In this document: positions 1-12,408 of the stretch, one piece after another
Position numbering within the stretch: the stretch's first letter is position 1
Layout: each line of letters begins with the position of its first letter
From: Felis catus
Lineage: Eukaryota
Direction: 5' to 3'
DNA length: 64,000 bases
NCBI RefSeq assembly: GCF_018350175.1
Contig: NC_058368.1
Coordinates: 69,132,001-69,196,000 of the forward strand
The notes under the pieces: model-generated
Database searches by the model: none
What the model was told of the DNA's origin: nothing
The model's input: only the letters and a program-made list of their open reading frames with translations
Translations under genes and position numbers: made by a program

Positions 1-109
1 ATTCAAATTCAGATCTGACTGGCTCTAAATCCTGCCCTCTTTACTACATATCATTTCCAGAAAGGTCTGTCAAGTTGGTTCTATTCACTAACCTCCTCAT
101 AACTTGTCT

Positions 110-295
110 TTTTTTTTTTAATGTTCATTTATTTATTTTGAGAGAGAGAGAGAATGATCAGGGGAGGGGCAGAGGGAGAGAGGGAGAGAGAGAATCCCAA
201 GTAGGCTTCAGGCTCAATCCCATGAACCTTGAGGTCATGACCTGAGCCAAAATCAAGAATCTGACACTTAACTGACTGAACCACCCAGCCGCCCC
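110..295 (-). mobile_element. Can-SINE (tRNA-derived carnivore SINE)
   Basis: Reverse-strand tRNA-like head, (GA)n tract and T tail; degenerate TSD tcataacttgtctttt / tcataacctatctttt. Confidence 0.9.
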
Positions 296-1754
296 TCATA
301 ACCTATCTTTTAATAAAGTGTCTCCAAAAGGCCCAGTGCCTTTCGCATAGAGGAGACATAAGACAATTCTGAGGTGGGAAGATCTTGAAACATGCCTTGG
401 GGCTAGTCTGCCAAAGGGACTCTAGAATTTTCCTTCCCTAGGCAGGGTCATCTCATGCCATCTGGTGTTTTGGAATATTAAAGGCACCCACCAAATTATT
501 TGATAATGAAAAGCCTGTATTTTAAGGTTTTAGAGGACACTTATGTGAGAAACTGTTCCGTAAAGAGATCATCTAATCTGGGTTTGATTTCATACTATAG
601 GATTATAAGGTGGTACCAGATGGAGGAGACTGGGTGAAGGGTACATGGGACACCTGTGTACCATGTTTGCAACTTCCCTGAATCTATCATTATTACAACA
701 TTTAAAATTACAAAAAAAAAAAGAGATAGCCTGTGTTCTGCAGGAGGGACACATGTTTTCTAAGGTCAGACGTGGAAGAGGTACCCCTCAAACTCCTACC
801 TTCCCAGGTTCCTCCTGATCCTGGAGCCATGGCTCCCAGAGAGGGCTGGAGCCCCCCCACCCCACCCCCCATGTGGAGTTGGAATTCAGAGTCAGGGGGC
901 TGGGTTGTGGCCCTGGCTCTCCCACTACCCAACTCTGTGATCTTGGTCATGCTACTTGGCTTCTGTATCTATTTCTTTATTTGTAAAATATGTCTCTTTT
1001 TCAGAAAACACCACCTCCGGATTCAGTTCGCTGAGACGTGAAGGGCCAGGTTGCCTATAAAGTGACATACAAACGTCAGTTTTCCTGACAATTATTTCCA
1101 TCAGATGTGGCCCAAGGAATGTGTGGGAGACCAGCGGGCCCTTCCATGGGCCTCAAGTCTCAGTGTGACACAGTAGGTGGGCTCCTGGCCTGCACCTTGG
1201 CCTCTTACCCTCAATACAAGCTTCACCACAGCCTTCGCTCCAAAGAAGCAACTTTGTTCCTCTTCAATGTAAGAAAGCTTTTCACAGTTGCTCTCCTCAC
1301 ACCCCAAAGCCACCGGGCTGTCGTGTTGCCCGACACAAGTCACGGTGGACCTGTCGTCAGCTGCCACTCAGGGCAACTCCCAGGCTGCCTTCCAAGGCTG
1401 GTAGCGGGAGACGTCATCTTGCCCTGGCATGTCCAGCAGAGCTGGGCAGTGGCACTGAGCACAGGGTCTGAAGTGCCCAGGTGAAGAAGTCTGGGTATTC
1501 TTTCCCCATTGAAAGCTAAAGACCAGCATGGTTCCATGGGCCTTGCCTTTGACCTTGAAGCCACGTGAGTCTCAGAAGCATGCTTGGGACTTCGTGATTT
1601 TCTTCTCTCAACAGTAGCACCCCGGAAAGCTCTCCCTTCTGTTCATGCCAGTACACTGGTGGGGTTTACTCAGGAAAACGGATGCCATGCTATGTATTCC
1701 ACACATAATAAACACCAAGGGAAGGGACGTATTGATGCGATTGTTTGTCTAAAG

Positions 1755-1940
1755 CTGTGGTCTAAGTTTGTTGTGGAGACTAGCAGCATCCTCATCACCT
1801 GGGAAGTTATTAGAAATTCGAATCTGGAGGCCATACTCCAGACCTACTGAATCAGTTACTCTGGGAGTAGAGCCCAGCAAGCTGTGCTCTAACAAGCACT
1901 CCAGATGCTTCTGGTGCAGCTGAAGTTTGAGAACTGCTGC
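1755..1940. mobile_element. MER5A-like non-autonomous hAT DNA transposon
   Basis: Recognisable motifs agcagcatc..cacctgggaa, ccagacctactgaatcag, aagtttgagaactgctg. Confidence 0.75.
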
Positions 1941-3106
1941 CCTCAAGCTTGCTGGAAAGTTGCTTGGTTCTTAGCTCTGCCTACAACAGCTTTCCAAGTC
2001 CCATGTGCTTGCCTCTCTTTGGTGAATTCTACCCCAGGACCATTCAGGGGAAGGGGATTCTGAGAACCATGATTCCCAGCTTCTCCTCCGCACAGAACAT
2101 CTTACACAGTGGTGGTAATGGTACCAAAGAGACAGCCCAGCATACCCAGTAAGCACAGACTTGTGATAAACACACGTCTGGTGGTTCTGGCCATAGTGGC
2201 AAGTGCTCAGGTCAGGCACCAGGGATCTACCCTTACAGTCTTACCAAGACGGAGCCTCAAAGCCCACCATTAAAAATCTCTTCCTGGGGGCATTAGATAG
2301 TCTTGACTTGCTTTTGTAACATGTTTATTGTCCAAGGCTTTAAAAGGCTGGACTATGTGCCCAAGGAACTTCTTTCTGCCCTATGGATGGCCACAGCCCT
2401 CCTTTCCTTGAGAGCTTTACGTACAGAAGTCCTTGGGGTACAAGTGGGTAGTACTCAAGTGACACCAAAGGTATACATCAGAGATAGAACTTGAGCCTAA
2501 GTGGTTAATAGAGAGCTCATAGGAGTACCCGGGGGCTCATAGGTAATGACTACTAACACTGCAGCTCGTCTTTCCTTTTTTTGATTAAAAAAAAACCAGT
2601 TTATATGCAAATACCCCAGGATTTAACAGTCACTAACATCTTATGTATGCATTAGTATATTACATCCCTTTCCTGACATAAGGGCATCTGACAGCACTGG
2701 GAGACAAGGGGAAAGTGGGGGGTAAAGGAAAAGCAGATGAGAGGGAGGGTGTCATCGTATATGTCACTGACTATAGACAATCAAGAGACTGCTCAGAGAT
2801 TTCATCTACTAAAAACTTCAAATATTTGTGGAGGCACCCACCATGAGCCTGGCACCATGGTAGACACCAAAACATAAGAATAAGATACAATCCTTCTTTT
2901 CAAGAAGTTTACATTCCAGTAGACAGACGTAAACAAAAAAAAAAAATGTAAAAACAACATAACAAGTGCTATGGTTAAGATGTGGCTGATTTGTTACATG
3001 ATCATTGGAGAGTGAAAGTATTGCGACTTGGGGATAAGCTGGACATCTTCCATTTGCCTTTCTGTATCTGCTTTCAGCACTTCTGCACCCTGCAGGGGGG
3101 CTGGCT

Positions 3107-3602
3107 GTGGTAGCCCTCCTCCAAGATGGCGCCCAATGATCTCCATACCCAGGGTTTTCTGTGCCTGTATAACCCTCTGTCATATTACATTGGGATGGAT
3201 GTATGCCAGAAGTGATGGTATGAGACCTTCAAGGTTAAGTCATAAAAAACATTACAGCTTCTCCATACTCTCTCCCTCTCTTGGACCACCTGTTCTGGAG
3301 GAAGCAGACAGCCATGTCATGAGGGCACTCAGGTAACTTTATGGAGCGGCTCATATGAGGAGGAACTGGGGCCTCCAACCAACAGCTGTGTTAGTATGTG
3401 ATCTTGGAAACAAGTTCTCTGGCCTTCAGATAACCACAGCCTCAGCTGACTTCTGAAGTGCAACTTCATGAGAGACCCTGAGCCAGAATCGAGCTAAACC
3501 TCTCCAGGATTCCTGTTCCACAGAGACTGTCAGACAGTGTTTGGTATTTCCAGCTACTAAGTTTTGGAGTAATTTGTTACACAGCAATGGATAACTAGTA
3601 CA
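3107..3602 (+). mobile_element. MLT1-type MaLR solo LTR
   Basis: Starts tgtggtag..ccaagatggc; ends aatttgttacacagcaatggataactagtaca, typical MLT1 termini. Confidence 0.75.
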
Positions 3603-3603
3603 T

Positions 3604-4005
3604 CAGCCTATATGGATGGCATCGACAGGCTCCCTCGTCCTCTGACTTCTGGTTGGGTTCAGCTAGTGGGGTCTATAAAGGCAGAGTTAAGGTGGAAAGC
3701 TAAACAAGGTTGAGAATTTGCTTCCCAGGCTTCCTCCCTAGTGAGGTCACTGAGTGTTGGCTATGAAAGTCTCGGGTCCTATTTTGTGTTTACCCCCATA
3801 CGGCTACCATCGCCAGTCCTAGTGACCACGCCCTTCCTTTGCCCTTTCAGGCCCTGATGTTATAAGCTCCTTCCATCCCACAACCTCTTCCCTACAGCTC
3901 CCCCATACCCTGCCCATGCCTTTGTAAACGGTCCCTTTATAAACTCTCCTCAAATTATCCAATTTGAATATGCACCTGTTTCCTGCTGAAACCATGACTA
4001 ATCCC
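3604..4005 (+). mobile_element. ERVL-class solo LTR (LTR33-like, tentative)
   Basis: ggctccctcgtcctctgacttctggttgggtt and 3' end ctttataaactctcctcaaattatccaatttg..tgtttcctgctg resemble old ERVL LTRs. Confidence 0.5.
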
Positions 4006-6055
4006 AACAAGTTAGAATCTGGAAGGCTCAAACGCAGTGCTATTTGATCTGAGTCTGGAAGATTGAGTGTAATCTTGTCAAATAGAAAAGGAAGACCAAC
4101 AAACACGAGTCCTTGCACCAACAGCCATGAGCAAGGGAAAGATCTCATTCCAATAGCTTTGTAACTTATCGTTGCTCAGTTCTGTGGGGCACCATTCACA
4201 CTGTATTCTGTGTGGACGGCCTCTAGACTTTTGCAATGAGATCATCACTGTAGGGCTCAATTTCAGTCCACACCCACAGGTGCATATAAAATCTTATCTT
4301 CTAAATTTCCTACAATCAATTTCTATCTCTATTTCAAACAACCCATTCAGTAGGTTGACAGAAACTTCTTCATCCATTTGAGATTTCTGCTCTCCTGTTT
4401 TCTAGGATGGGATGGGGGTTTTCAGTTAATGTTTCAAAAACATCCAGCTACATTCAAGATCATTGTATTTCTTTGGAGTACACGAACTCAGTCTTTGTTA
4501 CATTTCAGTGTAGGTGAGACTGGGGTTCAGAGCAGCCTATGAAAAGAGGTTCTGGCAGGCAGCTGATTAGGCTGCAGGGGCACATTTAATCTCTGTAAGA
4601 GAGCAAATAATTTTTAAGGACTTTAGCCCATCAACTGTTTGTATGCAAATAGGGATGCTAATTATAAATGAGTTTTATCTACTCAACACAGCAGCTCAGC
4701 AGGACTTCCACTCGAAGTCCATGGTCAGAACTTTGTGAGAACTGTTTGAGCTGCTGTTTGCATTTAAAATACATTTCTTTAAAAATGGACTCAGATTCAG
4801 TGTGGTAACTAATTTACATTGACCTCCCACCCAATTAGTGCCCATCAAGCTTAACCACAGCTATGACAGGGGTGATGGCAAAAACCGGCCCAGAGCATTA
4901 GAATATAATCTCGGGGATCAATGAGGCACAGTGAAATCTCTTCAAATCCAGATTATGAAAACCCCTTGAAATAACTCATTAAAATAAGAAATGTCCACCC
5001 ATTCAACCAGCTGAGCTGAAGAATTTACCTAATAAGGTCATGGGCCATAACACTGCAGACCAGGAAGCAGAATGGAAAAGACCCCTGAATCACAAAGGCC
5101 CAATTGAAGCCAAAATTAAATATGCTGATCCTCGCTTTTGACCCGAGAGAAGATGTAGAAATGCTGGCGCTTACTATTGATTAAGCATCTGCCTGGAATT
5201 TCTTCATTTCTTTTTCTGCTTTCACAGAACACCTGCTGGGGAAGCGCACAAAACTGCAAGATCACTGGAAACTAGGACATGAACTAATCTTTACATCCTA
5301 GTATACTGACCCCAAGTGTCTATCATAAACGCTGAACTGACAGTTGAGCCACAGGAAACGGGGCTGTGTTTTTCTTCCCAGCCAGCTATGCTCAGAAAAG
5401 CAGCTGTACTATGTGCATCCAAGGTACAAGGACAGTTCTGCTTTGTTCCTGTTATCCTATCTCTGTTGGGCTGTGAGCTCCCTGCAGCTCTACCAATTGG
5501 AGGAGAAAGAGGGAAGCCATCCTCCACTGTCCTTGGCAGAGCCATCCACGATCACTCCAGCCATCCAGGTTCTTGGGAGATGACAAAGGTATCGTGCGGC
5601 AGGGGTACACGTACTGACATGATTCGCAAACCCCAGGGCTCAGTCTTTTGTTTTGAAAATGGCCGTTGTATCAGGCAGGCTAGGTGATGCTGGGGTAACG
5701 TCCCGCAAATGTCTGTGGCTCCCAACAGAGATTTATCTCCCACTTGCACGACATGTTCTCCATTATTGTCTCACAACTCTATTCTCAATCATCTTCACAC
5801 TCTGACCCAAGCCGATGGAATGTTGCCCGGCCCTGTGCCAAATAGCACGCTAATTCTTTAAGCTTCTGCTCCTATTTCATTTGCCAAACTATGTCACTGG
5901 AACAGGACTGAGTTCAATCCCACGGCATGGATGAAATAATGAGAATCAGAATATGTGGGAACGGTCAGTCCTATGACCCTTTGGAACGTTCTATATATGC
6001 CTGCTGGTGGGGGGTGGGGGGAGGCAGTCAGAAAGGTAGAGATGTAAATACAACA

Positions 6056-6252
6056 GGGGCACCTGGGTGGCTCAGTCAGTTAAGTGTCCAACTCCTGGTT
6101 TCAGCTCAGGTCATGATCTCACTGCTCACGGGATCGAGCCCGTGTCGGGCTCAGCACTGACAGCGCGGAGTCTGCTTGGGAATAATCTCTCTCCCTCTCT
6201 CTCTCTGCCCCTCCCCTGCCTCTCTCTCAAAAATAAATAAATAAACATTTTT
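6056..6252 (+). mobile_element. Can-SINE
   Basis: ggggcacctgggtggctcagtcagttaag head, (CT)n tract, aaaataaataaa tail. Confidence 0.92.
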
Positions 6253-6473
6253 TAAAATGTAAGTAAAACAGAGCAGATTAGGCAGATATGAGAAAATGTG
6301 CTGAGAAAAGAAGGAATTTGTGGGGATGGTTTTTAGTCACTCATATGACCTATATTTAGATTTCTGACAGTTGCATATGCACAAACAATTTCTCTTCTCA
6401 CCTTCTCCTTACTTTGGCTCTTCAACTGATAAAGAGTGACAGGCAGAGGGGGTGATAAGCCGACGAGACAGAA

Positions 6474-6475
<2 letters not shown>

Positions 6476-6504
<29 letters not shown>
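6476..6504. repeat. (GT)n microsatellite
   Basis: Direct reading. Confidence 0.95.
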
Positions 6505-6505
<1 letters not shown>

Positions 6506-7079
6506 ATCAATGTGTTTGCTGGTATAGAAGAGATGTCATATGAAGCAGGTGGTTTTATTAATCGTACAAGAAAATGACGAGGCGTGAGGTGTCTGAGAAT
6601 CAGTGGCTGCAGCCAACTGCCCTATGCTGGCAACTGCAGGTGTCCCCACCCGTTGCACCAGGAGCTCGTTGGCTAAAGGAGGTGGGAAATGTGAGAGATT
6701 CTGTAGAGTATGTTCAGTACACTGAAACGTGTGAGCCAAAAAATATCTCAGGCCTGAGAATGGATGCTCAGATTTGGGAAAGAAGTGGATGCTCCAGACA
6801 CAGATCCTCCTGCCGAGTAAGAACCTAAGACGTATTAAATACATTTTTGAAAAATCCAGTGGTAAAGGATGAGCTAGTCCATAAAAAAGGCTGAGATCAG
6901 GAAGTTTGGGGGGGGCGGGAAATAAAAATTCATTTAGATACTTGCTTCAGTACCACATTCACTAATATAAATTCTAGCTGCACTGGGGAGACAAAAATTT
7001 CAATTACATCACTAGAAGAAAAACTTAGAAGAAAATATAGCTAAATATTTGTGTAGTGTTTGGATGGGAAGGACTTTTT

Positions 7080-7108
7080 TTAAAAATTTCTTTTAATCTT
7101 TATTTATT

Positions 7109-7154
<46 letters not shown>

Positions 7155-7315
7155 TGTTTGAATGGGGGAAGGGCAAGGAGAGGGAGACACAGAATCCGAA
7201 GCAGGCTTCAGGCTGTGAGCTGTGGGGCCTGATGTGGGGCTCGAACTCACAAACCGTGTGATCATGACCTGAGCTGAAGTGGGAAGTCCAACCCACTGAT
7301 CCACTCAGGCGCCCC
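7080..7315 (-). mobile_element. Can-SINE
   Basis: Antisense head, long (GA)n; perfect TSD tggatgggaaggacttttt at 7061-7079 and 7316-7334. Confidence 0.95.
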
Positions 7316-8081
7316 TGGATGGGAAGGACTTTTTAAATATAAAAGCTGTAGGAATATATTTGCAAGAGAAAAGATCAATAGACTTGACTACATAAGATTT
7401 TAACTTGTTTGTCAAGAAATCAGACCTACCAGGTGTGTCAACTGGGGGCAAAGCTTATGCCAAATGCGATAGACAATGAGGTCATATCTTCAATATAGTG
7501 ACTAGATTTATTCTCTTGTGTAAAGCAACCAAAAAACTGAACAAATTATGTAAAAATAATAGCTTAACCCAACGCACTGAATATCAGACGACAAGAGACA
7601 CCAGTGATCTCTGAGAGATGGGACATAAACAAGATAAACCTCATAATTTCCCACATTACTGCTTTGGCAGAGTTCCCAGGGAGAGGGGTCACAAGGAGAG
7701 TCCAGCAGTCTCCCGAAATTGAGAAGACTAAGCTAGGCGTCTAAGGAGACCAAGCAGCTAGAATTTGCAGTACGGAAACAGCAGAGGAGAGAGAGCCACA
7801 CAGAGACAGAACCCCGGAGATCTGCAGAGAGAGAACCCTGGAGATCCGCAGAGGGTCTCCTGATGCATTCGGCAGAAAATCCATCAGCACACAGGTATAA
7901 GGAAACCAGCTGAGGCTGGGGAAAGACTCACCCTGAAGGATTAGAGGGAACAAGTACTCAACACCCACACAGGGCTGGCAAAAATGTGTTTCCACCTGCC
8001 AGATTGGAAAGCCTCACAGGACACTGAGATAGAATATTCAGGAACATCTTGCTCTCAGTTAAGGGGCAAAGTTAACCCTAC

Positions 8082-8285
8082 ACCAGCGGTTCTCAGTCAT
8101 GTGTAAGTTTTTCCCCAGGAGACATTTGGTAAAACTTGTAGACACTTTTTATGGTCACAACTTAATGGGTGCTAGTATCTGGTGGGCTGAAGACAGGGAT
8201 GGTACTAAATATCCTAAAAAAAAAAAAAAAAAAAAAGATTCTTCAGTCCAGAATAGCAATAGTGGCTAAGAATCAGAAATATCCT
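8082..8285. mobile_element. MER20-like hAT DNA transposon
   Basis: cagcggttctca..ccccaggagacatttgg..gacactttttatggtcacaac..cagggatggtactaaatatcct. Confidence 0.7.
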
Positions 8286-8451
8286 AGTCAAAATGCTATT
8301 TAGGCTCCACCTAAAAGCAAGATTGATAGTTTCAAAATACTTCTAAGTAACTTCCAGAGTAACTTCCCAGAACAAAGCTCACGAATATTGATAGGAATCA
8401 AAAAGATCAAACTCACAACATCTGGCAGCCGGTAAAAATTTACCAGGCATG

Positions 8452-8670
8452 GGAGCATCTGGGTGGCTCAGTTGGTTAAGCATCTGACTTCGGCTCAGGT
8501 CATGATTTTGCAGTTTGTGAGTTCGAGCCCCGCATCGAGCTCTGTGCTGACAGCTCAGAGCCTGGAGCCTGCTTCGGATTCTGTGTCTCCTTCTCTCCCT
8601 GCCCCTCCCATGCTCATGCTCTGTCTCTCTCTGTCTCTCAATAATAAATAAAGGTTAAAACCATTTTTTT
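8452..8670 (+). mobile_element. Can-SINE
   Basis: Typical body; perfect TSD aatttaccaggcatg at 8437-8451 and 8671-8685. Confidence 0.95.
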
Positions 8671-11600
8671 AATTTACCAGGCATGAAAAGAAGTAGAAAA
8701 TATAATCCACAATGAAAAGAAAATCAGTCTCTCACAACTGACCCAGAACTAACATAGATATACTTAGCAGACAAGATCACTTAAACCAGCATTATAACTG
8801 TACTCCATACATTCAAAAATTAAGTAGACACCAAAAAAGACTCCAGTTGAACTGCTGGAGATGAAAAATGCAATTTCTGAGATGAAAAACACACCAGAAG
8901 CGATTAACAGCAAGACTTTGCAAACAAAAGATTAGTAAACTTGAAGAAGTAGCAATAGAAACTATCCAAAAATAAGACATAGGGAAAAAACCCCAAACTT
9001 TTAAAAATGAGCACACTATTAGCGAGCTGTGGAACGATTTTAAGTAGCCTAATATGGGCTTAATTGAAGTGTTCAAAGTGGGGGGTGGGGGGGAACAGAA
9101 AAAAAATGAGAGGAAATGGCCAAAAATTTTCCAAAGTTGATAAACACTATAAACCCACAAGTCCAAGTTCAATGAATCCTAAGCTTAATAAACATGAAAA
9201 AACGACACCAAGGTGCATCCTAATCAAATTGCTTAAAACAAGCAATAAATAGGAAAGCTTAAAAGCAATCAGAGGAAAAAAGCCACGTCAAGGATAGATG
9301 AACAAAGATACTGATGGCAAAAAGTTTCTCATCAAAATCGATGCAAGCAAAAAACCACTGGAATAACATCATTAATGTACTCCACCCTCCCCCAGATCCT
9401 ATCAACCCAGAATTCTACACCCAGGGAAAACATCTTTCACACATTCAGGTTTAAACAGAGACTCTTCTCAGACATACAAAGTCTGAATGAATTTGTCAAG
9501 CAGACCCACACAATGTGAAATGCTAGAGAGTCCTTAGGCAGACGGGAGATGGTAGTGGTTGGAAATCGATCCACACAAAGGAACGAGGGGCACTGAGATC
9601 ATAACCGTATGATGCTCTGTGACTCGTCTCCAAGCTCTAAAGATGCCAGTCTCCAAGAGGTTCTCTATGAACTGCAAAGTCTGTGTTAGGAGCATTGGCT
9701 GCAGGTCCTACAGAAACATGTGTGCCAGCACCATTCAAAGTCAAGCTAATTGCTGACCTGCGCCAATGCATTCGAGAAAAAGGAAACATACATGCTACCA
9801 GGTGATGTGACGGCAGTGCCCACTGAAGGGTACGTTTTTTTTCTACAGCAGATGAGGAACAGGTTTATTGCAATTTATCATCCTGGTCTTTGCTCAAGAG
9901 GTATTTTTGGTAAAGATCAGAATAAAGATTTGTGTGTTGTTGTTGTTGTTGTTGTTGTGTTTTAATTCTGAGACTATAACAAGTCAAATATTTCATGATT
10001 CCTCCGTGGCCAGCCAATCAAGAGATCCATCTAGGCTGTAATTTGATTCATTCTGCAAATAGTTAATTCACTTGACAAATATTTATTGAGCACCTGCTAA
10101 ATACTAGGCATCATGCCAGGGCTGTGAATATGACAGTGAGTAAGAAAGACATAGTCCCTGATCTTTTGGCGCTTATTTACTTAGGATCCTATTGATTTCT
10201 GACCTTCACAGATTTACTACATCTTTAAAAAGCACACCAGATGGGCGAAGTATATGGATGTCTTTTAAATGGCTCCTATTCAACCCCATCCCCCTTTCCT
10301 CAAAATTTCTCACCATCTCAACTTCCTCATGCCTAATTATCCACCACCCCTCTGTCCTCAGGCTTTGTCCCCTGTAGAAGCATCCACATACCAGGGTTGA
10401 GGTTATTACGGAAGGGGGAGCATCTGAATGCCAATCATTTTCACCTTCATCTGTAAGAACATAACAGCGCCTTCTTTGTTATGATCCGATTCTGAGGAGC
10501 ACAACCTGAATTCAGAGACCCCAAGGACACCAGGAGGCTGGAGGTTGGTGGACAGAGGGGAGGGGCCACAGAGTGGAGAGGCTAGGACTAACGAGAACCT
10601 CAATTCTGTCCAGCGGTGGACATGTGCCAGGACAGACCAGTAACGAAGCACTAAGTGCACCCACATCAGTACCAGCTGTTTACCAGGTAATATCCAATCT
10701 CTCCCATCAGCCCCTCTGCCCCTCGTTCTTCCACAGCAACAGCTGAGGCCACCATTCTGCATGAAGTTAGTCACAAATGTTCTATGCTTGACCAGCAGAC
10801 ACTTCATTATCTCATGTCACTTTCTCTTGTTTAGTTGTTTGGCCATCCCAATAAATAGCAGGTTTCTTGAGGGTATGAACTCCGTCTTCCCACATCTTGA
10901 GGGAAGGCAGCTCGATGAGGGGCAGAAAACAGTGAATTGATTTAAAATCGCCCCCTGTCATTTACCGTGTAACTTTGGTGACCCCCCACTTCTATCTGTA
11001 GAGTGGAAACCCTTCTTTGCCAGGTTATTATGGGAATCCAATGACTCGATAAATGTGAAGTGTTTTATAAGTCCCCAAGAGGCTAACCACTACTTTTTCC
11101 ATGTAATAGTAACAGTAATAATTAGCATTTTGTGTTTGATGTCAGATACTCTTACACACACTTCACATAATAACCCTATAAGGTCGGTAGCATTGTTATC
11201 CTCATTTTCAAATAAGAAAACTGAAAAAGAGGTTGAATATGTTGCCCAAGGAAGATCCTACAACAAGCCAAAGGCAGAAGAGGGACTTCTTTTATGCACT
11301 ACTTTCCTTGATTTTTCCTTGTGCCTATCAAAGTGTATCACACATAATGCATACAATGTAAACATTGATTATGTAGTTAAGCTTATTTATACCAGTCATG
11401 TGGGGAAACAGAACTATCTTTCCCTTTGTGGGTTCTCCCGCTGTAACAGGCTTTTACTACGTCTTTAAGTTTAAAGAACGTAACTTACCCTGAGGTTTAC
11501 CAGAAGTCCTGCAATCCTCTGCTGTGTGCAATGCAGTGGATCATACTTAAGGCCAGGCAGTGTTAACTTTTGTCTTTCAAGCTGTTCACTCTTTGTCACT

Positions 11601-12182
11601 AGTTGTAAATAAGTCTCCTCCTTGGTAGCAGGTACTTAAAACCTGTCATCTGACTGTCTAGCTCCTGAGCATCTCAACCCGGAAATTGTCGGGGACAGTA
11701 GACTCACAGAGTGATGCCTGGATTGACCTCCTGCATCTCAGTGTCGGCCAGCTCGTGATGGCCCTGAGGTGCTTTATTCACTAGGATGACAATACTGTCA
11801 GAGTTCATAGTTTACATATGAGGAATCAGATGTCCAGGGAGGGGATGGGGCTTTTCCGGGATCATAGGCTTGTTTGTAGCAGAGGGTAGTGACCTCCCAG
11901 ATATTCTGAATTCCCAGCACACCGTGCTCTGTTACCCCAAAGATCTTACTTGGTCCTGACCTGGTAAGCACGGTCCGCACGTGCCTGGTGGACCCAGGTC
12001 TTTGGGGATCGGTCCTAAAATGCTGGCGGAGTGGAGTATTCCATTCCATTTCCCCACCTCCAACCCCCTCTCCAAGAATTACAGGTGACACTGAGGGGAC
12101 AAAAGGGGGCTTCTCAAAATTCTGGTTCCTGTTACCCTGACATTTTCAATCATTTCTACGTATTAAAAATTTGAAAATTACA

Positions 12183-12408
12183 GGGCGCCTGGGTGGCTCA
12201 GTCAGTTAAACATCTGACTTCGGCCCAGGTCATGATCTCGCGGTCCGTGAGTTCGAGCCCCGCGTCGGGCTCTGTGCTGACAGCTCAGAGCATGGAGCCT
12301 GTTTCCGAGTCTGTGTCTCCCTCTCTCTCTCTGACCCTCCCCCGTTCATGCTCTGTCTCTCTCTGTCTCAAAAATAAATAAACGCTAAAAAAAAAAATTT
12401 AAAAAAAA
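12183..12408 (+). mobile_element. Can-SINE (young, CpG-rich)
   Basis: gatctcgcggtccgtgagttcgagccccgcgtcggg intact; TSD tttgaaaattaca on both sides. Confidence 0.95.

Larger units (their letters stand above)
7490..9600 (+). mobile_element. Ancient L1M 5' region and ORF1 remnant, interrupted by MER20 and a Can-SINE
   Basis: Degenerate ORF1-like translation (TPRCILIKLLKT) and ORF1-like DNA caacccagaattctacacccagggaaaacatctttc; A-rich sense strand. Confidence 0.7.

Noticed and set aside
1101..1564. Overlapping ORFs and a minus-strand GAGG|GTAAGA donor-like site near 1209
   Set aside because: No recognisable protein in the frames I translated and no convincing paired acceptor; a non-coding exon cannot be excluded
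5200..5300. Strong plus-strand splice-acceptor-like sequence (pyrimidine tract then cacag)
   Set aside because: All three downstream frames stop within about 25 codons and no clear donor follows
8216..8236. Poly-A run inside MER20 as a possible tail-only retro-insertion
   Set aside because: No TSD visible; simple expansion explains it equally well
8463..8651. Recurrent MAQSVK../MISR.. ORFs (also 12193, 16412, 32555, 42133)
   Set aside because: Translations of Can-SINE sequence, not genes
12183..12260. tRNA-like A/B box sequences
   Set aside because: These are SINE heads followed by CT tracts and A tails, not tRNA genes
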